A DNA stretch of 62,950 nt, the filler included, from Chrysochromulina tobinii (lineage: Eukaryota), in NCBI GenBank assembly GCA_001275005.1. It is 5 parts of 5 records of this genome, joined end to end, with 100 filler letters (N's around TTAATTAATTAA, not from the genome) between each part and the next. Parts side by side here need not be neighbours in the genome. Positions count along the whole stretch, not along the records: positions 53,297 to 60,765 come from JWZX01001325.1; positions 60,866 to 62,950 come from JWZX01001345.1; 3 more parts are not named here. One strand, written 5' to 3'. This document shows, piece by piece, positions 56,201 to 62,950 of this stretch. The first letter of the stretch is position 1. Each line of letters starts with the position of its first letter. A program made the translations under genes and the position numbers. The notes beneath the pieces were generated by a model. The model did not search any database. It was not told the DNA's origin and saw nothing but the letters and a program-made list of their open reading frames with translations.

Positions 56201-58846
56201 ATCGACGCGGACGGCGGCGGCGAGGGCGGCGGCGGAGGCAAGCGCGGCGGTGACGGGGGTGAGTGCAGATCCAGGAACACCACCGTCAGCGATTGAGCAC
56301 GACACCCCGGCACGTAAGCATACGAGCCGCTAATGGCGACAAAATGTGCCTGTGAGCACAACACGGGAGCGCGAGCGAGCTTCAGCAGGTGGTGGCGCCG
56401 CAGGAGCAAGCATGAACGACGCAATCATGGCACCCAAGGCCAACCGCGTGCCGCGGCTCTGGGTTACACGCACCCCTCCCAGAAGGGACGATGAGACCAC
56501 GCTGCCCCGGATGACTGGAGACGCAGGATTGCTCACGTCGACCACCACCAGCGAGTTGGAATCCGCCGCCGCAACGCAAGCGTACACGCCGCTCAAGGCA
56601 ACGCCAACCGCATCATTCAGAAGGGACGACGAGACCACGCTGCCCCGGATGACTGGGGACGTAGGGTTGATCACGTCGATCACCACCAGTGAGTTGGAAT
56701 ACTGCGCCGCCACGTAAGCGAACGAGCCGCTCACAGCGACGTCACGAGCCCCATCGAGAAGGGACGACGAGACCACGCTGCCCCGGATGACTGGAGACGC
56801 AGGATTGCTCACGTCGACCACCACCAGCGCGTCGGAAAAATGCGCCGCCACGTAAGCATACACGCCGCTCAAGGCGACGGAAATTGCCCCATCCAGAACG
56901 GACGACGAGACCACGCTGCCCCGGATGACTGGAGACGCAGGGTTGCTCACGTCGACCACCACCAGCGCATCAGAATACGCCGCCGCCACGTAGGCGAACG
57001 AGCCACTCACGGCGACGCCATATGCATAATCCAGAAGGGACGATGAGACCAACCTGCCCCGGATGACTGGAGACGCAGGGTTGCTCACGTCGACCACCAC
57101 CAGCGCGTCGGACGCAGCCGCCGCAACGTATGCGTACACGCCGCTCACGGCGACGTTTGCAGGCCCATCCAGAAGGGACGACGAGACCACGCTGCCCCAG
57201 ATGACTGGAGACGCAGGGTTGCTCACGTCGACCACCACCAGCGAGTCAGAATGATGCGCCGCCACGTAAGCATACGAGCCGCTCACGGCGACGGATATAG
57301 CGTAATCCAAAAGGGACGCCGATGCGACGCGGCCCACGATCGACCCGGAGCCCACGATGGTTGTGGAGTGCGCGAGCTGACGCCCATCATGCTGGCTGCT
57401 CGGGAGGGCTCGTCCAAGCTTCGTCGAAGGCGGTCGCGGTGGCGGCGATGGCAGGGCGATTGGTGTCGGCGGATATGGCTGAACTGCGTGCACCCCGGCC
57501 CTGTGGTGGCTCATTATAGCGCCTTCCAAGACCATGAGGCCCGAGGTAAGGCCCGAGGGGCCAGGCGGTGGAGGCGAACACGTGCCGCACGCGACCGGGC
57601 AAGTGGTCCGCGCGATGGAATAGGAAGCGCAAGCGGAGGGCTGTGCTGAGAAGAAGGAACACGGCATGGATTCGCCACTTAAGTACGCGCCGCTGCTCAA
57701 CTCATCGGTGCACGGTTTGATGACCTGCGGCGACGGCGGTGGCGGAGGCGGCTGAGGAGGAGGCGGAGGAGGACGAGTCGGTGGAGGCGACTGAGGAGGT
57801 GACGGAGGCGGAGGCGGCGCCGCCGACGCCGTCTCAGCTCCATCGCCATCAGGCCGTGTCGAGTCCATGGCGCTCACCCGCGGGATGCAGAGCATGAGGA
57901 AGGCCAAACCGAGGCACCGGTTGCGGTCCGACCCTTTTTGCCTCCAGCAAACGGCGAAGACGAGCGATCCGAGTCTTAACAGTACGTTGCCAAAGTTGAG
58001 CCACTCCACCGCACCCCAAGGCACACCGCTGCCATCGCCGAACACATGCGCGGTTTCCTCGACGGTGGGGCGAACGCGCTTGCCGATGTAGCGCACGAGC
58101 TTGCCGGTGCTGCCTGAGCGCAGCTCGAAATATCGTGCAGCAGCAGCGGGGGCGGCTGTTGCTCGCGGGCGGCAGTCCGCGCAGTCGGCGCCATACTGGC
58201 AGACGGAGAACTCGGTGCCGGCGCCACCGTCGTTGCAGGGGCCGCCGTCGTCGCAATTGGAGCCGTACGCGTGCATTCCAATGCACGCAGCGGAGCACAG
58301 GCTGGGAGGCGATGGGGTCGCAGGCGGTGCCCTTGGAGGCAATGGTGGCCCAGGCGGTGCCCTTGGAGGCGATGGTGGCCCAGGCGATTCCCTTGGAGGT
58401 GATGGTGGCAACTGTTGGCACGATCCACAGCCCCCACAGTTGGTGCCGTATGCGCACACCGGGAACTCAGAGCTGGGGCCGCCGTTGTCGCAATCGGCGT
58501 AGGAGCACGTCTCCAAGCAGATGTTGATGCAAAGGGCAGGAGGTGCCGCGGTTGCCGGAGTTGACGTGATGGGGCGCGGTGGGCTGGAGACCGGTGGCTG
58601 CGGGGGCGAGCGCGGCATGCGCGGGGCGCAGTCCACGCAGTCGGCGCCGTACGCGCACATCGGCAACTCGGAGCCGGGGCTGTCGCAATAGTTGTCCACG
58701 CCCGTGTTCATGCAGAGAGAATGGGGGGGAGGCGAGGCGCCGCCGAGGAAGAGCTGATGACTCGCCTGCAGCACGTTTGGCCCAACAAAGGGCGTAGAGG
58801 TTACGCACGCGGCAGCGACGACGAGCAGGAAGGTGCCCAACATCAA
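53297..58846 (-). CDS. Secreted mosaic protein (Cys-rich repeats, SPPP linkers, ShK-like, two LVIVD-repeat blocks, LamG, beta-helix) with in-frame TAG at 53883..53885; introns 56350..56473 and 54798..54921
   Basis: Signal peptide MMLGTFLLVVAAACVTS; CD.GG..SEF..C.YG.DC.DC x3; many VAVSG.YAYVAA..SD.LVVVDVSNPASP repeats; FTLCAWV..RVIDFG..WTHVAV..FTGQMKDLLVWD.ALS; GGGV.V..GTV....CSISGN. Confidence 0.8.
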
Positions 58847-59306
58847 TGAAGGAGGGGCGACGAGCGACGGACACGGGGGAGCCGGAGGATTCGTGAAACG
58901 CCGACGGCGCCATCATTGACGCGACTGTGATCCAACAAGTACTCATTTCGACAATTGAGCTTGCTTGTGAACTCAACTGGTCGCCATACCTTTTTATCGA
59001 GATCTGTTGGCACTGCCGGTGCTCTGCGTGTCGAGTAGCCTTACCATAACCCTAAGACGCGCAAGCAGCGATGAGGCTGCCAGCGAGCGGCTCAGATCCG
59101 CGAAGGCTCGGCGTAGACGGCGCGCCCACGCGTGGTCGGCACGGACTTGGCTGTCATCCATAGCATTCACGAAATTGCCCTTGATCGCATTCTAGTGTCT
59201 TTTCTTCCTAATTTGTGCGTAACGCGCCGTATCTATCTAAATAGTCGAGTTTTTATGTCGTCCTCCGTACCATTGTGCATTGATAATAGATTTCACCGTC
59301 AAGGGT

Positions 59307-60641
59307 TTAAATGATCGACCCATCAGTCCCCTTTAGCCGCTTCGCCACGGCCTCAGCGTCCTCCGCGTCGGCTCCCGCCCCCCCCTCCTTGTGCCACGGG
59401 TAGCGCCGGGAGAGCTCGGCGTCCGCGGCTTGCATCGCCTCGAGGTGAGGCTCGAGCTGCGCGCGGCACGCGTCCGCGCGCGCGAGCAGGGCGGCCTTCG
59501 CGGCGGCGTCGTCGAGGGCGCGGAGGCGCGGCGCGTACGTCTTCATGCGCTTCGCTTCGTCGGGTCGCAGCGCACGCAGCTCCGCCTGGCGCGGCGCCTG
59601 GAGCAGCTGCTCGAACCTCGCTCGCTCGAGATCAAGCTGTCCGAGCACGTGCTGCTCCACGGTCTCGGGCGCGGCCCAATCGGCCTCGACCCACTCAAAC
59701 TGGGGCTCGTTCCGGAACCACTTGACCTGCTGCGCCGCGTACCGGCGGCTCGCCGCTGTGAAGCCTTCAAGGAACTCGACGAGAGCCACGCCCTCGGCCG
59801 GCGCCCAGGGCGAGCGCAGCAGGTAGTCGAGCACCTGCCGGTAGCCGATCGCGCGCCCCGCGGGCGAGGATGGGAGGAGGCGGCCGGAGGCGAGGAGGGA
59901 GCTCACCTCCTCGAGCAGCCCCGCCTCGAGCATCGCCTCGCAGCGCGCGTCGATCCGCCGGCAAAGCGCCTCGCGCGGCGCTGCTAAGAAGAAGCAGCGC
60001 AGGTCGAGCGACGAGCGCAGCGCGTCCAGCCCCTCGGGGTCGGGAAGGCGGGGCAGCGCGGCCGCGGTGCTCGAGGTCTGCAACGCGACGGTCAGGGCGC
60101 GCGAGAGCCGGTACCAGTCGTTGCGCGAGAGCATTTCCGCTCGCGCACCGTCGAGCGCTGCCAGCTGCTCGAGCCCCTCCGCCCAAGAGCCACTCGCCTC
60201 GAGCGGCGCCAGCAGCAGGCGCACGCGCTCGGCGATCGCCGGGTCGGCCTTGGGCGCCTCCGGACGGCCGCTCACGAGCCAGCGCAGGTACATCGAGGTG
60301 CCACCCACCAGCACCGGAACGCGCCCACGCGCGAGCACCTCCTCGACTGCACGCAGCGCGTCCGCGTAGAAGGCGCCTGCCGTGTACTCCTCGTCGGGGT
60401 CGCGCACGTCGAGCAGATGGTGCACGATTCGTGCGCGCTCGTCCGCCGAGGGCTTGTTGGCACCAATCTGCAGCCCGCGGTACACCTGCACTGAGTCCAC
60501 CGAGATGAGCTCACCCGGCAGCAGCTCACACAGCCGCATGGCCAGCGCGGATTTGCCGACAGCCGTCGGGCCGGCAAGTACGACGACACGGCGTGCGGCG
60601 GCGGCCGCGGCCGGCATGGCGGCCATGGTGACAATTGCCAT
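59307..60641 (-). CDS. miaA: tRNA dimethylallyltransferase (MiaA/tRNA-IPT)
   Basis: LAGPTAVGKS, ISVDSVQVYRGLQIGANKPS, HHLLDV, PVLVGGTSMYL, RIDARCEAML..GLLEEV, AIGYRQ, SRRYAAQQVKWFR. Confidence 0.95.
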   Translation of the reverse strand: MAIVTMAAMPAAAAAARRVVVLAGPTAVGKSALAMRLCELLPGELISVDSVQVYRGLQIGANKPSADERARIVHHLLDVRDPDEEYTAGAFYADALRAVEEVLARGRVPVLVGGTSMYLRWLVSGRPEAPKADPAIAERVRLLLAPLEASGSWAEGLEQLAALDGARAEMLSRNDWYRLSRALTVALQTSSTAAALPRLPDPEGLDALRSSLDLRCFFLAAPREALCRRIDARCEAMLEAGLLEEVSSLLASGRLLPSSPAGRAIGYRQVLDYLLRSPWAPAEGVALVEFLEGFTAASRRYAAQQVKWFRNEPQFEWVEADWAAPETVEQHVLGQLDLERARFEQLLQAPRQAELRALRPDEAKRMKTYAPRLRALDDAAAKAALLARADACRAQLEPHLEAMQAADAELSRRYPWHKEGGAGADAEDAEAVAKRLKGTDGSII

Positions 60642-60765
60642 TAAAGGGAGCGAAATGGCGCCGCGAAGGAGTGCGAGGTCCCGATAGCAGCCGAAAGTCG
60701 CACACACGCAACGCCTTGTGGAACCGTTCACACTTCCTATCGCGGCGGCCACCTCTGCCCCCCCC

Positions 60766-60865
60766 NNNNNNNNNNNNNNNNNNNNNNNNNNNNNNNNNNN
60801 NNNNNNNNNTTAATTAATTAANNNNNNNNNNNNNNNNNNNNNNNNNNNNNNNNNNNNNNNNNNNN
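60766..60865. other. Artificial contig linker
   Basis: N-run + TTAATTAATTAA + N-run. Confidence 0.98.
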
Positions 60866-62950
60866 TCGAGACGTTGATGAGGGCCGCCGAGAAGGTGACG
60901 CCAAGAATGTTTTGCACGTTGGGCACTCGGAGCATCGCCGGCAGCCTCCGAAATTTGGGCGGCTTGGGCTGTGGCTTAGATTCTGATGATGCTGCTGGCG
61001 GCCAGCCAGGCTTCCGGATTGGCGGAGACGAACGACTCCGTGCCACGCCACCTTTGACGTCACCTTCGGGCATGCCCGTTGGCGACGGAGATGGCACGGG
61101 CTCAGGGAGCACCGGAGGTGAGGGCGGTGGCGAGGGCGGTGGCGAGACCGCAGATGACTCCATCCTCGTTTGATCGGGCAGCGGCTCGGCGCTGGGGGCG
61201 ACGCGAGAGCGTCTGAATAGGGTGACGGTGCGACCAGCACGGCCGAGGTGGCCGAAGAGCGAGAGGCGCTGGAAGAGGGTGCTCCTGCCCTTGTAGCTTT
61301 TGAGGAACTCTACAAACTCCTCGAACTTCATCTGACCGCTCATATCCAAGTCTGCGGCGCTCACCATCTCCTTGACCTGTGATCTCGTCAGGCCCAGCTT
61401 GAGCATCTTGACCATTCTCGAGACTTCACTCGTCGATACGAAGCCGCTTCCATCCTCATCAAACTGGTCGAAGATTCTGCGCGCCTTAGCCATGAGCTGC
61501 GCCTTGGCCTTCCTCTCCTGCGGCGTTGCCGCCGCCTCCTCCGCCGCCTCCTGCTCCCGCTGAGCTGTGTGGTAGGCATAGTACTTGCGGTTGGCATACT
61601 TGTACCACCAGAAGAGGATCGCGTAATGGATGGCCGTGATGAGACCAAAGATAGCTCCCAAAGAGATGACAGTATCAACCAAGGCGCCTCCGAGCATCAG
61701 GCTGACGTTCTCTTGTGCATCCCCTTCTTCATCCTCATAAGTGACCGTCTCCGCGGCGACGTCGGGCGCGCTCGTCACCTGGAGGTTGAGGAACGCGCTC
61801 GTCGCGTTCGCGTCCGCGAAGACGGAGGCGCTCAAGGACTCCTCGGCGGCGGCACTCGCAGACGAATCCGGTGTGACGATGGTGATCTCGACCCGAGCGG
61901 CCCCGACGGCGCCCTCAGAGGAGTTGGCGTTGCTGGCGAGCACTTCAGAGAGCGCCCTGCTCACGAGCTGTCCCGGTGTGGACGCGGCATAGGCAGCCGT
62001 GGTGACCTGGCTGGGGTCCACGCCCGATTTGGTGGCGACCGAGGTCGAGATGTCGGCCAGCCGGGCATTCGTGAAGGCCTCGATCGGCTCCGCAGCAACG
62101 AAGCCGATCACCACCTGGTACGTGGGCGGTGGCGGCGGTGACGCAGGTCTACGCCTGCTGAAGCCCAACCGACCCGTCGTGAAGCCGCCGCCGCCGCCAT
62201 CGTCACCATCAGGGTTAGGCGGCCCTAGCTTCGTGTAGTACGCGAGCCGCTGTGCTCCTCGCACTGCGTTGCCCGCTCCTGACGGTCCGCCGCCTCCGGC
62301 AGCGGACGCGGCGGCGGACACGCCAACGGACGCCCCCACAGCGGACTGGATTGTGCCGGCGGACTGGGCCATGAGCGCACCGAGGGCTGCCATGCCTGGG
62401 TTTGTGAGATTGACAAAGTCCTCGAGGCGCAAGCCGCCGAGGGCCGCATTGGGTCGCGGTGGTGGAGGAGCGGGTGCCGGGATGACCTGCCGCTGAGTGC
62501 CTTCGAGCCATGCATTGTCACATTGCGTGAGCGACTGACCGGCGGCGTTGGTGATGGCGTTCTGGCGGGTGCCGGTGCCATTGGCCGCAGACGTGGCCAG
62601 CATCGCGAGCAGCGCTGCGAACCGACCCTGGTCTGTGGTGGTGACCACTGTGGTGACTTGGACGAACGTGACACTCGCTGCGGATTGGCCCGACCCAACC
62701 TCACCATTCACAGCGGCGATGCATTGCCAGCTCAGCCGCCGCCTAGGCGCAGACCATGGCAGATCATGGCTGTCTGTGCTCTCCGTCGACCACGGCAGAC
62801 CACGGAGGCTGTGCTGCCCTTCGTGCCCTTCGAGCACCGTAGACTCCACCGTGGTGCCGCCGTTTGGCGCGGTGCCGACCTCCGCCGTCGTCACGGGCTC
62901 GAAAAAGGAAGGCACGAGGTTCGGGTGGCGGCTCGCATGGTACGAGGGGA
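60866..62950 (-). CDS. Membrane protein with a calmodulin-like EF-hand pair, partial at both ends
   Basis: Transmembrane helix (ALVDTVISLGAIFGLITAIHYAILFWW); FDQFDEDGSGFVSTSE and ADLDMSGQMKFEEF. Confidence 0.7.

Noticed and set aside
59307..60641. miaA, HU or purF as bacterial contamination
   Set aside because: All sit on contigs with spliceosomal introns and host-like composition; tRNA-IPT and PurF are normal in algae.

Overview
This is GC-rich eukaryotic nuclear DNA with spliceosomal introns. It is most likely from a haptophyte alga (Chrysochromulina-like), an inference from a plastid-type HU, GC-AG introns, Pro-rich mosaic proteins and repeat style. The window is five unrelated contigs joined by four artificial 100-nt N/TTAATTAATTAA linkers, so nothing should be read across them. 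Recognisable genes: centrin 3' end, a PDZ/EF-hand/UBA-like protein, a sulfatase, a plastid-targeted HU, two FHA proteins (one FHA+MBD), midasin (MDN1) C-terminal part, a RING/ankyrin/CCCH protein, a Myb protein, a Cj0069-like ATP-grasp protein, COX11, a RUN+PX protein, an LVIVD/LamG mosaic protein and a tRNA dimethylallyltransferase. There are also decayed purF and IMP3 fragments. The standout signal is a recurring intron architecture seen at about 13 sites in about 9 genes. Each is a variable-length (roughly 10-32 nt) direct duplication of the adjacent exon sequence plus a filler, usually a tandem array of a degenerate CTGAT(G/T)(G/A)CNT 10-12-mer and sometimes a GCATGCAAGTGCTCACCAC box. Often one splice site comes from the duplicated exon and the other from the filler, so splicing restores the ancestral codons exactly. 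There are also back-to-back double introns with no exon between them, and in-frame 'failed' insertions. This looks like an active intron-generating process without terminal inverted repeats. All splicing is predicted from sequence only.
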